The translations under genes and the position numbers were made by a program. A stretch of 55,167 bases of DNA from positions 1 through 55,167 of the forward strand of contig DASWVC010000231.1 of the NCBI GenBank assembly GCA_036401335.1, in the 5' to 3' direction. Below are positions 9,176 to 18,730 of this stretch, one piece after another; within the stretch, counting starts at the first letter, position 1; the number at the start of each line of letters is the position of its first letter. Under the pieces are notes generated by a model. That model searched no databases. It saw only the letters and a program-made list of their open reading frames with translations, and was not told where the DNA came from. This DNA comes from Chthoniobacterales bacterium (GTDB lineage: Bacteria; Verrucomicrobiota; Verrucomicrobiia; Chthoniobacterales; JAFAMB01).

Positions 9176-10528
9176 TTAGCCCGCCTGGGCCGGCCCATCG
9201 GCAGCCGAACTCTCTGCAATGATCACCCGCGTCCTTACAAGGCAGGCCGGGTGCTTTTCCCGCACGAACCGGACCAATGCTTCCCGCACATCGCACCGCA
9301 GCTTCCAAAGCGCCTCCGGATCGGCCGCGCTAACCACCGCCCGCACCTGAATTGAGAGCTCTCTGGCCTCGGTTACCTCCAAGGCATGGGAGCGCCTGTC
9401 CCAGAGGGGGTGACCCTCCAGGATGCGCAAAAATTCGCCTCGCAAATCCTCGAAAGGCAGCTGGTAATCAAAGTACAGGAACACGGTGCCGAGGAGCTGC
9501 GCGGAGCGCCGCGTCCAATTCTCGAATGGCTTTTCCAGAAAGAACCCGATCGGCACGACCAAACGCCGCTGATCCCACAGGTGCACCACTACGTAGGCGA
9601 GCGTAATCTCTTCGATGCGGCCGAACTCGCCGTTCACCACGACCACGTCGTCCAGCAGAATTGGTTGGGTTAAGGCCAACTGAAAACCCGCAATCAGCTG
9701 CCCCAGGGAGCGCTGGGCAGCCACGCCGGCGACCACGCTGAGCAATCCGGCGGAGGCCAGAAGGCTGGTGCCCACTTGGCGCAGCGGCGCGGAAAAGAGC
9801 ATGGCGGTCGCCAAGGTCAGGAAACCAAGCGTTGCCAGGATCACTTTCCGCAACGCCGACACCTCCGTGTAAAGGGTCCGCGAACGCAGGTCCACCCCGC
9901 CGTGAACCCGGTAAGCCAGGATCACCTTGTCGGCCGCCAGGTTCACTTGCCGGCACACCACATAACCCGTCGCCAGGACGATGAGCACGTTGACGACGTC
10001 GCGGTGGTCATGCAGAACCGTTGCCGGCAGGCCCAGGCGCGGCAGCACGAGGAACGCGGCCAGGAACGGCAGCCCAACCTGCAGAGCATCGGCGCAGAAC
10101 ACAGCCACGACGTGCTCCCAATGCGAGGCGTCGCTGGAAGCCAACCGGCGCAACTGACGGTTGCTGACGTAAACGACGCGGCCAAGCAACGAACTTAACG
10201 TCAGCACGGTAAACGCGAGAAGGACATCGCTTTCCTGGGCCGTGGCCACCCACCCGTGGCGCAGACCGGGCGGTAAGGCCGGTTTGAAGTGCCATGTAAA
10301 AAGCGTGTAGAAGCCGCACAACCACACCCAGCCCTGCAGCCGCGTCAGGACCGCCCGCAGAATGGCAGGCCATACCTTCCGATTCTCGAGCAGAGAAAGC
10401 CGATCGACCCGCCACCATTTGATTAGGCGGCTCAACCCATGCTCGAGGCCGAGCACGACCGCCACGTGGGCAACGCAAGCCGCGCCTTGCAGAAGGCTGA
10501 TCGTCCCAAAAAAAGGTTCGTTTAGCAT
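9176..10528 (-). CDS. Mechanosensitive ion channel (MscS family)
   Basis: Multiple N-terminal TM helices, then the MscS core (LDDVVVVNGEFGRIEEITLAYVVVHLWDQRRLVVPIGFFLEKPFENWTR). Confidence 0.85.
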   Translation of the reverse strand: MLNEPFFGTISLLQGAACVAHVAVVLGLEHGLSRLIKWWRVDRLSLLENRKVWPAILRAVLTRLQGWVWLCGFYTLFTWHFKPALPPGLRHGWVATAQESDVLLAFTVLTLSSLLGRVVYVSNRQLRRLASSDASHWEHVVAVFCADALQVGLPFLAAFLVLPRLGLPATVLHDHRDVVNVLIVLATGYVVCRQVNLAADKVILAYRVHGGVDLRSRTLYTEVSALRKVILATLGFLTLATAMLFSAPLRQVGTSLLASAGLLSVVAGVAAQRSLGQLIAGFQLALTQPILLDDVVVVNGEFGRIEEITLAYVVVHLWDQRRLVVPIGFFLEKPFENWTRRSAQLLGTVFLYFDYQLPFEDLRGEFLRILEGHPLWDRRSHALEVTEARELSIQVRAVVSAADPEALWKLRCDVREALVRFVREKHPACLVRTRVIIAESSAADGPAQAG

Positions 10529-10760
10529 GCCTCGTCAGCCGGGCAGGGCCGCTTACCCGCCACTGAACCGGCCACGGCTCTCAATCTCCTGCCCTTCGCC
10601 TCCTGCGAGGCCTACCGCGCATGCACACCGTACCGTCCGGTCTGTTTTCGTGGCAATCGAGAAATTCGCCACCGCGAACGAGAGGCCGGCCCATTCTGCC
10701 TGCTCGCAACCGATGGACACTGAGCCGTCGCGGCGAACGGCCGCGGGAATCTCTCAGGCT

Positions 10761-11531
10761 TCACGCCAGGGCAACGCCGGACAGATCGCGGCAGTAATCG
10801 AGTAAACGGTCCTGCAATGCGGGGTCTTGGGCGGCCGGGTTCACGGCTCTGAGCCGCTGGTGGTAGAAGTAGCCGCCGGTCACCCGCGCTTCCGGGTCGT
10901 CGCTCACCGCCAGCCAGGCCTGGGTCAGGTGAGCTTGATTGAGGTCATCCGGCGCGCCCGGGCCGCCCATCCGGGTCGGCACCCACCCCGGGGTGAGCGC
11001 ATTGGTCCGCACCTCAGGCCAACGCCGCGCCACGCCGAAGGCCAGCAGCACGTCGTGGAGCTTGGTGTCCGCATAGGCTTGGCTGCCGTTCCAACGGCGC
11101 CGGGACCATTGGGGATCGTCCAGGCTCTGGTCGCCGCCGGTGTGCATCCCTGAGCTGAGGTAGACCAGTCGGTCGGGCTTGTGCATGAGGGCGGTGAGCA
11201 CGTAAGGCGCGAGCACGTTGACGGCCCAGAGCTGGGAAAGTCCATCGACGGTCTCAACCCGCCGCGGCTCGCGGTAGCCGAGTCCGACATTGTGGATCAC
11301 TGCGTCGAACCGTCCTTGTCCGTTCGCCTGATCCGCGACATCGCGCATGGCCGCAAGCGTCGAAAGATCGCCGACCAGCACCGCCTTGGCTTGGGGCAGC
11401 GCGGCCCGCGTACCCTCCGCCCGTGCCCGACTCCTGGCATGGAGCACGACGCCATGCCCCTGCTCGGCCAGGAGGCGACCCGTCATTAGGCCGAGCCCAT
11501 CCGACGATCCGGTGATGAAAACCTTTGCCAT
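10761..11531 (-). CDS. SDR-family oxidoreductase
   Basis: I use the internal start MAKVFITGSSDGLGL (Rossmann TGxxxGxG) at 11531, preceded by AAGGAG. The 36-codon upstream extension in the ORF track has no support. YADTK catalytic motif present. Confidence 0.85.
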   Translation of the reverse strand: MAKVFITGSSDGLGLMTGRLLAEQGHGVVLHARSRARAEGTRAALPQAKAVLVGDLSTLAAMRDVADQANGQGRFDAVIHNVGLGYREPRRVETVDGLSQLWAVNVLAPYVLTALMHKPDRLVYLSSGMHTGGDQSLDDPQWSRRRWNGSQAYADTKLHDVLLAFGVARRWPEVRTNALTPGWVPTRMGGPGAPDDLNQAHLTQAWLAVSDDPEARVTGGYFYHQRLRAVNPAAQDPALQDRLLDYCRDLSGVALA

Positions 11532-11666
11532 TTCGTGCTCCTTGGTTTCAGCCACGGGCAACGCCTGGCAGCCGGCGTGCGGCGCGCGTGAACTGACGTT
11601 TTGCGACTGCCGATGCCATACCTGTAGACCCTTGATCATCCTTCCTAGTCATGATAACCGGTCATT

Positions 11667-11903
11667 ATGCAGCTCACCGCAACCGAATTCAAAGCGAAGT
11701 GCCTTAACCTGATCGATCAGGTTCACGGGGGCGGTGAACCTGTCATTATCACAAAGCACGGGAAGGTGGTTGCGAAGCTGGTGGGAGCTTCTACAACCGG
11801 CCCGATCGCCGAGATTCGTGAAGAGCTCTGCGGTTCGGTGAAATCCTACGTCGATCCGTTTGAATCGGCCATCAGCCCGGACGACGTCGATGCATACCGA
11901 TAA
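11667..11903 (+). CDS. Phd/YefM-family type II antitoxin
   Basis: 78 aa. N-terminus TEFKAKCLNLIDQV....EPVIITKHGKVVAKLV is typical of Phd/YefM. Sits 6 nt upstream of a PIN toxin gene. Confidence 0.85.
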   Translation: MQLTATEFKAKCLNLIDQVHGGGEPVIITKHGKVVAKLVGASTTGPIAEIREELCGSVKSYVDPFESAISPDDVDAYR

Positions 11904-11909
11904 TGCGCG

Positions 11910-12314
11910 ATGCAAGCCCCGCTGCTCGACACCCACGCATGGATTTGGTACGCGGGCGATCAATCGAGGCTTGATGCCACAGAATTGGAGGCGTTGGACG
12001 GATTCAACTTCGAAGCCCGGCCGCTTCTCTCGGATTTCAGTTTGTGGGAGATTGCGACCCTCGTGAGCTGCGGTCGCCTCACCCTGGATCAGCCGTTGGA
12101 TCGATGGCTTTTACTCGCAACCAGGCGGGTGGTAGTCCGTATGGCGCCCGTCTCGGTGGCGATTGCGGTCGAACTCGCAGGTCTCCCGGATACTTTTCAT
12201 CGCGATCCTGCGGATCGAGTGATCGTAGCGACCGCCAGGGCATTAAGTCTGCCCATCCTGACCCGCGATCGAAAAATCATCGACTCCGGGCTGGTGGAAA
12301 TTTGGGCGCCATAA
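11910..12314 (+). CDS. vapC: PIN-domain toxin VapC
   Basis: LLDTHAWIW (first acidic residue), WEIA, DPADR and LTRD motifs in PIN spacing. 134 aa. Confidence 0.85.
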   Translation: MQAPLLDTHAWIWYAGDQSRLDATELEALDGFNFEARPLLSDFSLWEIATLVSCGRLTLDQPLDRWLLLATRRVVVRMAPVSVAIAVELAGLPDTFHRDPADRVIVATARALSLPILTRDRKIIDSGLVEIWAP

Positions 12315-12382
12315 TCATTTGTCACGGCAGCGGATGGGCGGTGCCAGTGATTCAATTGGGAGGCACACGATGCCCAGAGCGC

Positions 12383-13116
12383 CTACTCCGAAATCATTCC
12401 GATCGTTCCCAGCCACGTTTCCACCAACCGAGGCCACCTCGTTACTGGAAACTTCGTGCGCCTCAGCCCAAATGCATCTCCACGGGAACTCTGGCATTTT
12501 TCAGCGCAATGTAGTAAACCAGCGCCTGGTTTACCCCGTCCACGCTCACCGCCGCCGCCACGTGCCCCCCGGCCGAAAATCCGAGCACCCCAACCTTGTG
12601 CGGGTCGACGCGCCACTCGGCGGCGTGGGAGCGGACCAAGCTGACCGTCCTCTGCGCGTCCTGCAACGCCCGCGGTACAACTGGGTACACGCGGCAATTG
12701 TGTTCCTCGTCCCAGTACGGCCCTGAAAAGGGCACGCGGTATTTCAACAGCACGCACGTGATTTCCTCCGACGTCAGCCAGTCAGCGACCTCGGTCCCTT
12801 CCAGGTCGATGGCCAGAATCTTATAGCCCCCACCGGGAAACACGACAACCGCAGCACCCGTATTCCTGCCCTTGGGCGAATAGACCGTCATGGTAGGTTG
12901 AGACACATTTTCGATTCTAACCCATGGCTTGCCGGCGACCGGTTGGTCCTCCACCGGTTTCATACCCTCGGGCCCAGCGGCAGGCTGCGCATCAGGAACC
13001 ACTCCTGGCCATATCGGCACCTGCATGTGTCCCGGCGCTGGCTGCCAGACAGGCACCTCCGTGCAAAAACCGCGAAACACAATCACAACGCAGAGGGCAA
13101 AAATCAAAGGCTTCAT
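12383..13116 (-). pseudogene. Secreted alpha/beta hydrolase (esterase-like), frameshifted and internally shortened
   Basis: Signal peptide from ATG 13116 (MKPLIFALCVVIVF), VVVFPGGGY and nucleophile elbow GFSAGGH. Only about 13 aa separate the Ser elbow from the C-terminal VYYIALKNARVPVEMHL block. That frame stops at 12463, while the expected C-terminus (GDAFGLRRTKFPVTRWPRLVETWLGTIGMISE) continues in another frame to 12383. Confidence 0.55.
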
Positions 13117-13434
13117 CACGATTGCCAGCGTTTCGGATTCCAATTCAGGCATCCAGAACTCACTGCCGCCGCTTTGCAGAATTCTGTGACGCATGCCGTC
13201 ATTCCCAAGACATCGGTCTTTGCTACGGTTCGCCAAGTGGGGGAGCGATGTCTTAAGTTTCCGCTTTCGTGATCTCAGCTGCGTGGGTCAGAGAAATTTG
13301 TATCCCTTTGCCGTCTTGCTTCGTGCACTCCCTGTGGAGCGCCGCGAGAAGTTGGTTCGGCGCGTAGGAACTGGCCTCCTCCGTTGGACGAACAGATCGC
13401 GCGAATCGACATTGACAGCCTGCACCGGCGCGCA

Positions 13435-14541
13435 TCAGTCCGGGCTCTGTCGCTGCACACCCAAATTCGTGTCGAAGAACGTTAACGCGGCGTTACCGAT
13501 GTACTCGTGCAGCTTGGCCCGATCCACGCCAGGGGCATCGACGCAGGACTCGGGATAATTATCCCGCCCAATCTGGTCGCACTCATTGTCAAAGATTTCA
13601 TGGTTAACCTGACCGGGAAGCACGTCGAGCTGGGCGTGCGGGATGTATTTCGCGGCAAACTCGGCGTTTTCCTTTGGCGGCGTTGTGGTGTCACCGGCGC
13701 CGACAATGATGTAGGCCGGGATCGTCATTTGCCGAAGCCCGGCCTCGTCCATTCCGAACCCTTGAATGTCACCAGGAGCCATCGCAAAGGCCGCCTTCAC
13801 CCGGTCGTCGCGCACGTCCCGGGCGGGTTCCGCGTCAAGGCGCATTTGCTCGCGCAAATAGGCCGGCACTACCTGGTTGTCCTTCCAACCGCGTTGGTAC
13901 TTCAGAAACAGGTCGGGATTGATCTTGGCCCCACCGATCCAGAGAGCGGCAAACCCGCCCTGCGAATGCCCCGCCACACCAATCTGATTTCGGTCGATGT
14001 GCGGTCCCCAAGCCTTGTCCTGGAGCAGGTACGTGATGTCCAGGCTGATATCGTGCGGCCGCTGCCACAGCCTGTTGCGCATGTAGAGTGCGCTCGAATC
14101 ATACGTATTTGCTCGGTAGTGATAAAGCAAAGCAACGAGATAACCGTGCGAGGCCAGGTATTCGCCGAACCAGGCATAGACTGAGCCGTTGCCGCCTGCC
14201 CCATGTGAGAACATGACGAGCGGATGCTTCAGCCGGTCGGCCACGATCGGCGCGTCTTTGAAAAGGTGCAGGTTGGTGGCCAAGAACATTTTAAAAGGAA
14301 TAGCGCCTCTATCCGGAGCGGCCGGATAGATCAGCATAAAATCCAGAGGTCGGCCGCCGCCGGCTGAGTCGACGAATTCAACCTGTGTCATCCCGACGGG
14401 ATAGGGAGGGGACGGCAGTACGGATTGGGCAAAAGCGCTTGCCGGCCAAGCCACGACGCCCCCGCACTTGACGCCGAAACATACGGCGACGGAAATGACA
14501 GAGCGCGTGAAGCCCCTCCTTCCTAAGCAAATGGATCGCAT
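13435..14541 (-). CDS. Secreted alpha/beta hydrolase (dienelactone-hydrolase / PAF-acetylhydrolase-like)
   Basis: Signal peptide ending AFAQS. FSHGAGGNG oxyanion region, nucleophile elbow GVAGHSQGG, late GAGD and NHE motifs. Confidence 0.8.
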   Translation of the reverse strand: MRSICLGRRGFTRSVISVAVCFGVKCGGVVAWPASAFAQSVLPSPPYPVGMTQVEFVDSAGGGRPLDFMLIYPAAPDRGAIPFKMFLATNLHLFKDAPIVADRLKHPLVMFSHGAGGNGSVYAWFGEYLASHGYLVALLYHYRANTYDSSALYMRNRLWQRPHDISLDITYLLQDKAWGPHIDRNQIGVAGHSQGGFAALWIGGAKINPDLFLKYQRGWKDNQVVPAYLREQMRLDAEPARDVRDDRVKAAFAMAPGDIQGFGMDEAGLRQMTIPAYIIVGAGDTTTPPKENAEFAAKYIPHAQLDVLPGQVNHEIFDNECDQIGRDNYPESCVDAPGVDRAKLHEYIGNAALTFFDTNLGVQRQSPD

Positions 14542-14641
14542 CTCTGGATTTTTCCGATTGAGGGCCTACTAGCGAGCAATGAATGCCTTCTCCGAGCATC
14601 CGCCTGGTTTGGCTCTGGTCGTACCTTTCGTTAATCAGCGC

Positions 14642-16789
14642 TCACCGACGCTCGGAAGTGTGCGTCACCTCACGGAACTTGCAGGCTTCGTCCAGCGAGA
14701 TCACGCCGGCTGCCGCTTCGCGAACGGCCTGCTCGAACAGGCTGGCCTCACCCCGGGCCTGCATCAACCGGCGAAAATGCAGGGCTGGGGCCTGATCCTG
14801 GATCGCGGCGCGCGCCTCGTCATCAATGATGAGGGCTTCGAAGATAGCCTTCCGGCCGCTGACGCCCGATCTCCGGCAAAAGTCGCAGCCGCGGCCACGG
14901 CGCAACGTTGGCGTCCGGCCGAGCCAATCCGGTTCAACGCCCAGGCGTGCCAGCCGCTCGTCCGAGGGCAGCTTCACCTCCTCGTAACAACGAGGACATA
15001 CCTTTTTTACCAGCCGCTGGGAAAGCGCCAACTTGAGGCTGTCGGCCACCATGAAGGGTTGGGCGCGAAAAAGAAAAAAACGGTTCGGCGCTTCGCACGC
15101 GGAGTTGGTGTGCAGCGTAGAAATGGCCCGGTGCCCAGAGGAGGAAAGGCGCATCAGCGCCTCCACGCTCGCCTCGTCGCGGATCTCGCCCATCATCACC
15201 ACGTCAGGCGCCTGCCGCAGGATGCCGCGGGCCCAGGCGGCGTAGGTGTAAGGCCCGTCCTCATCGACCTGAGTCTGGCTGACGTGATCCAGGCGCACCT
15301 CAATGGGCGACTCGGCCGTAAGGATGTTGTTTTTGATCGGGTCAACTGAGCGCAGAATGCTGTAGATCGTGGTGCTTTTTCCCGAACCCGTGGGGCCGCA
15401 CAGGATAAGCAGCCCGTGGTCGCCGTTCATGATGTCCGACACGGCCTGGATGTGCCGCCCGGGCATCCCGAGTTCGGCCAAGGTCCGGACGTGCCGTTGG
15501 TCGCGTTGCAAGCGGAGCACTGCCTGCTGGCCTTGGGCCTGGTAGGAGGTATTCACGCGAAAGTCGTAACGTTGATCCCCGATCCTGATCGGGAAGGTGC
15601 CGTCCTGCGGCAAGCGCACGTATTGGATCTCCAGGCCAGAAATCACCTTCACGCGCGAGATTACTTGCTTGGCGACATGCCCGGGAAAGTCACCGCTTTC
15701 ATCAAACCAATCACCATCAACTTTGTACCGTACCCGGAGCCTTTCAGGGAACTCCTGGAACATGATGTCACTCGCAGCCATGTCGACTGCTTTGTAGATG
15801 ATTGAATGGACGAACCGAATAACGGCTTGTTCGCCATCCCGGCTTTGCGTCGAGGATGGCTGAAGGTGGTCTGCGTGAATCACCTCAAGTGTATTCTCGG
15901 CACCAAGGACGTTGGAGCGCTCATGGTTCAGCATCGACCGGACGATCCCGCTGGTGTTGATGGCGCGGCTTTCTGAAGCAGTGATGAACCGCTGAAGCGC
16001 AGCATCGTCGACCAACACTTGTTGGACGGTGTACCGATGACGAAGGGAACCCTCGATTTCGGCCTTTATCCGGGCGTCCAGCAGTTTCGGCACGCCCAGC
16101 GTAAGGACCCGTTTGCCCAGGTAAAGCGGCGCCGCCCCGTACTTGCGCTGAAGCAGCGGGCTGAACCATTGGTTGGTCTTATCGTTCGGCGACACGCAAT
16201 CGAGGTCAACCCAGGGTATGCCCCCATTGTCGGCCTCCGGCGCCCTTTTGCCTGCATCCGGTCGAACCTTGATCCGGCGGCCGAGCAGCCGCAATACTTC
16301 TCGCAAGTGGGCGGGCTCGCACCAAAGTGCGGTGATCCGTCGCACTTCCCAAAATGCGTTCAGGACGTAGGCCGAACGGTGCTGCAGGAGGTGGCCCAGG
16401 CCAGGCACCCAGGAAACTACCGTAACCTCGCCCGGACGAAAGGCCACAGGGAGTAACGGGGCACACAGCAACGGCATAAAGACATCCATCGGCGAATGTC
16501 CAAGCAGTCCTGGATTGAACGCGGGGGTTGGGTTCTCGCGCAGAACCTTGTTCCACAAGGGCGTCACATCCAGGTCCAATTTCTGGCAGTACACTTCAAA
16601 GGGGCTCTTTTCCTGCCAGGCATTAAGGCGCTCGTTCAGGTTCACGGAAACACTTCCGCCGAGGCACTCATCACGCTGGCTGGCTTCAAGGCCGATTACC
16701 TGACCAAAGTGCTTTACAAGCACTTGCTCAAATTCGGCCAGGCCAGGGTCAAGCCTGCTGCCGCTCACTTCGATAGGTTGGACGACCAT
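14642..16789 (-). CDS. GspE/PilB-family secretion ATPase with long N-terminal extension
   Basis: Walker A GPTGSGKST, Asp/His boxes (VMMGEIRDEASVEAL, STLHTNSA), tetracysteine CPRC...CDFC. The ORF-track start (16840) overlaps the upstream gene, so I use ATG 16789 (MVVQPIEV), 17 nt after the upstream stop. Confidence 0.9.
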   Translation of the reverse strand: MVVQPIEVSGSRLDPGLAEFEQVLVKHFGQVIGLEASQRDECLGGSVSVNLNERLNAWQEKSPFEVYCQKLDLDVTPLWNKVLRENPTPAFNPGLLGHSPMDVFMPLLCAPLLPVAFRPGEVTVVSWVPGLGHLLQHRSAYVLNAFWEVRRITALWCEPAHLREVLRLLGRRIKVRPDAGKRAPEADNGGIPWVDLDCVSPNDKTNQWFSPLLQRKYGAAPLYLGKRVLTLGVPKLLDARIKAEIEGSLRHRYTVQQVLVDDAALQRFITASESRAINTSGIVRSMLNHERSNVLGAENTLEVIHADHLQPSSTQSRDGEQAVIRFVHSIIYKAVDMAASDIMFQEFPERLRVRYKVDGDWFDESGDFPGHVAKQVISRVKVISGLEIQYVRLPQDGTFPIRIGDQRYDFRVNTSYQAQGQQAVLRLQRDQRHVRTLAELGMPGRHIQAVSDIMNGDHGLLILCGPTGSGKSTTIYSILRSVDPIKNNILTAESPIEVRLDHVSQTQVDEDGPYTYAAWARGILRQAPDVVMMGEIRDEASVEALMRLSSSGHRAISTLHTNSACEAPNRFFLFRAQPFMVADSLKLALSQRLVKKVCPRCYEEVKLPSDERLARLGVEPDWLGRTPTLRRGRGCDFCRRSGVSGRKAIFEALIIDDEARAAIQDQAPALHFRRLMQARGEASLFEQAVREAAAGVISLDEACKFREVTHTSERR

Positions 16790-16806
16790 CGGTGCAATTG
16801 CTAAAC

Positions 16807-18162
16807 TCAAGTCGCATCGCCAAACACAGAATGTGCCCACATGGCATCCGTCGGGTTTTCTACCCTGACCTCCTGGCCGGTAATGAGCGACGCCGCCGGG
16901 ATGATCCCGTTTACCGGGTGGGTGTTAAAGTTCCCGGAGATCACGATCGGGTGCGGAGTCACCAGAGAGAAATCTCCAGAAAGGCTTTCCCCGCCGCGCA
17001 CCAGCACTTCGGCTGCGCGTTCCAACCCGTTTGACCCGTAAACTTCGATGCTGACCGCCAATGGCCCGGCCACGCTGCGAAACGCCGGGTAGTTGACCGC
17101 GACCACCGCCACTCCATTGTGGTCGGCCACGCGAAACGGGGTGCCGACGCCGTTTTGCAACCCCGTTACCTCCAGCTCGTAAGGAGCTTGCGGCGAGCGT
17201 GGTTTGGCGACCAATGGGCGCCGGACCGTCACGTGCACGGTGCAGTTCTGCCTGAAGGCTTCAACGTTAAACGCCTCCCCAGATCCCTCACCCTGGCTGG
17301 TCCCGCCATAAACCGATGACGCCAAGTTTGCTTCCACGGGCAGACTTTGTGGTGTCACCAGTTCCGACGCAAACCGGCTGTGCGCATCCCCAAAAAAATC
17401 CGCGGTGCTGCTGTCGAATCCGCCCGGCACCGTGACCGGCTCCACCTCGCTCCCCTGCAGGGTCAACGCACCCTCCGGCGCCACCCTGACGTCGCCCGTG
17501 GCAACAAGGGGGTAATGCGTCTGGAGCCGACCGGCAACCACAAGGTCGCCGCGCAAGAACACCCGGCCGATGTCTCCATTAAAATTTTGCGCGTTGAGAC
17601 GATTTGCCCCGGCAGCGGCAAAGACCGTGAACTCGGACAACGGAATCTGCCGGACATCGATCTCAGGCTTTTCGACAAGCCGTTCGTCAATGTTCCTCGA
17701 GTTCCCGGCCACCTCAGCGTCCATCCAGGCATCGAGGTTCAGGGGCGTGACCCTGGCCTGAGCTCCGGTAAAAGGGTCGCCAGGCAGCGAAAGCGGCTCC
17801 AGCACCCCGGTGGGGTCGGCAAAACGGTCGAGCGTCACCAAATTGCCTTCGCCATCCCCACGCTGCAGGTCCAGGTGCGTGGGGGTCGCGCTGCTGGACT
17901 TGCCCGCCTGCAGGGCCATAGCCAAATCGACCTTTGCTTCTGCGACGGCTTCCGCCTGAACCGCTGCTTTCACCCGCAAAACCCGCGTCTCCAGGTCGAT
18001 CGCGTGGCCGACGCCGCTCAACTCACGCGCGGCCCGCTCACGGTGGTAGTTTGTAAAAGATAAGTAGCCCACGGCAGCCATCGAAGCCAAACCGACGGCT
18101 GCTACGACGTAAATCAAGGCGGAACCAGCCGTCCCTGGCCGATGGTGCAAGTGGTGCGGCAT
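16807..18162 (-). CDS. Large GspK-like minor pseudopilin (putative)
   Basis: Short basic leader, then one hydrophobic helix (GSALIYVVAAVGLASMAAVGYL) without Glu5, then a ~400-aa extracytoplasmic domain. Sits directly after two pseudopilin genes. The function call is contextual. Confidence 0.45.
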   Translation of the reverse strand: MPHHLHHRPGTAGSALIYVVAAVGLASMAAVGYLSFTNYHRERAARELSGVGHAIDLETRVLRVKAAVQAEAVAEAKVDLAMALQAGKSSSATPTHLDLQRGDGEGNLVTLDRFADPTGVLEPLSLPGDPFTGAQARVTPLNLDAWMDAEVAGNSRNIDERLVEKPEIDVRQIPLSEFTVFAAAGANRLNAQNFNGDIGRVFLRGDLVVAGRLQTHYPLVATGDVRVAPEGALTLQGSEVEPVTVPGGFDSSTADFFGDAHSRFASELVTPQSLPVEANLASSVYGGTSQGEGSGEAFNVEAFRQNCTVHVTVRRPLVAKPRSPQAPYELEVTGLQNGVGTPFRVADHNGVAVVAVNYPAFRSVAGPLAVSIEVYGSNGLERAAEVLVRGGESLSGDFSLVTPHPIVISGNFNTHPVNGIIPAASLITGQEVRVENPTDAMWAHSVFGDAT

Positions 18163-18166
18163 GGTT

Positions 18167-18730
18167 CTAACGCATCATCAGCGGCATGGCACAAACCCGG
18201 AAAGGCACCCAATCCTGGGAGGTGGTCAATTCCCATTGACCTTGGACCAACCCAAGGCTGAGGTCGAACACTTGCCCGCTTCCGGCAGCTAGCCGGGCCT
18301 GAGGGCAGACGTTTATGGAAACAATGCCGTTCGGGGCTGTTCGATGGCCAACCAATTCACCTCCCGTGAATTCGAAATCGGCCTCTACCGTCGACCCGGA
18401 TTCCACTCTGGCCCAGCAAACCAGCAGATTCCCCCGAGCGGTGCCAAGGCTTTCCGGAGAACTCAGGTAAGTCGCCCGATCGGGGTAGAGGCGGAAACGG
18501 TCGGCCACTTTCACTGCCTGGGCGATCGTCAAGGCAAAGTTGCTGTGCAGCGCCTCAAGGTGCGTTGCTTGCAAGACCGCTCTTTGGCGAAGAAACGCCG
18601 TGAGCATGAACCCGGTAGCCGCCCCGAACACCACGACCACTCCCAGAAGTGCAGCCAGCATCTCAACGAGACTAAATCCGGCTTGGCCGGCCCAACCCGG
18701 TTCGTTTCCGTTCCTGGCAGGATTCACCAT
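18167..18730 (-). CDS. Prepilin-type pseudopilin
   Basis: N-terminal cleavage/methylation motif AGQAG|FSLVEMLAALLGVVVV with Glu5. Confidence 0.7.
   Translation of the reverse strand: MVNPARNGNEPGWAGQAGFSLVEMLAALLGVVVVFGAATGFMLTAFLRQRAVLQATHLEALHSNFALTIAQAVKVADRFRLYPDRATYLSSPESLGTARGNLLVCWARVESGSTVEADFEFTGGELVGHRTAPNGIVSINVCPQARLAAGSGQVFDLSLGLVQGQWELTTSQDWVPFRVCAMPLMMR

Noticed and set aside
10761-11639. N-terminally extended versions of several ORF-track entries, for example SDR 292 aa, L,D-transpeptidase 315 aa, PlsY 246 aa, GpsA 344 aa, secretin 602 aa, RbsB-like 346 aa, repeat protein 370 aa and TreZ 653 aa.
   Set aside because: In each case the extension overlaps the upstream gene or is low-complexity. 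An internal ATG gives a canonical N-terminus (Rossmann motif, signal peptide, lipobox or ATGA coupling).
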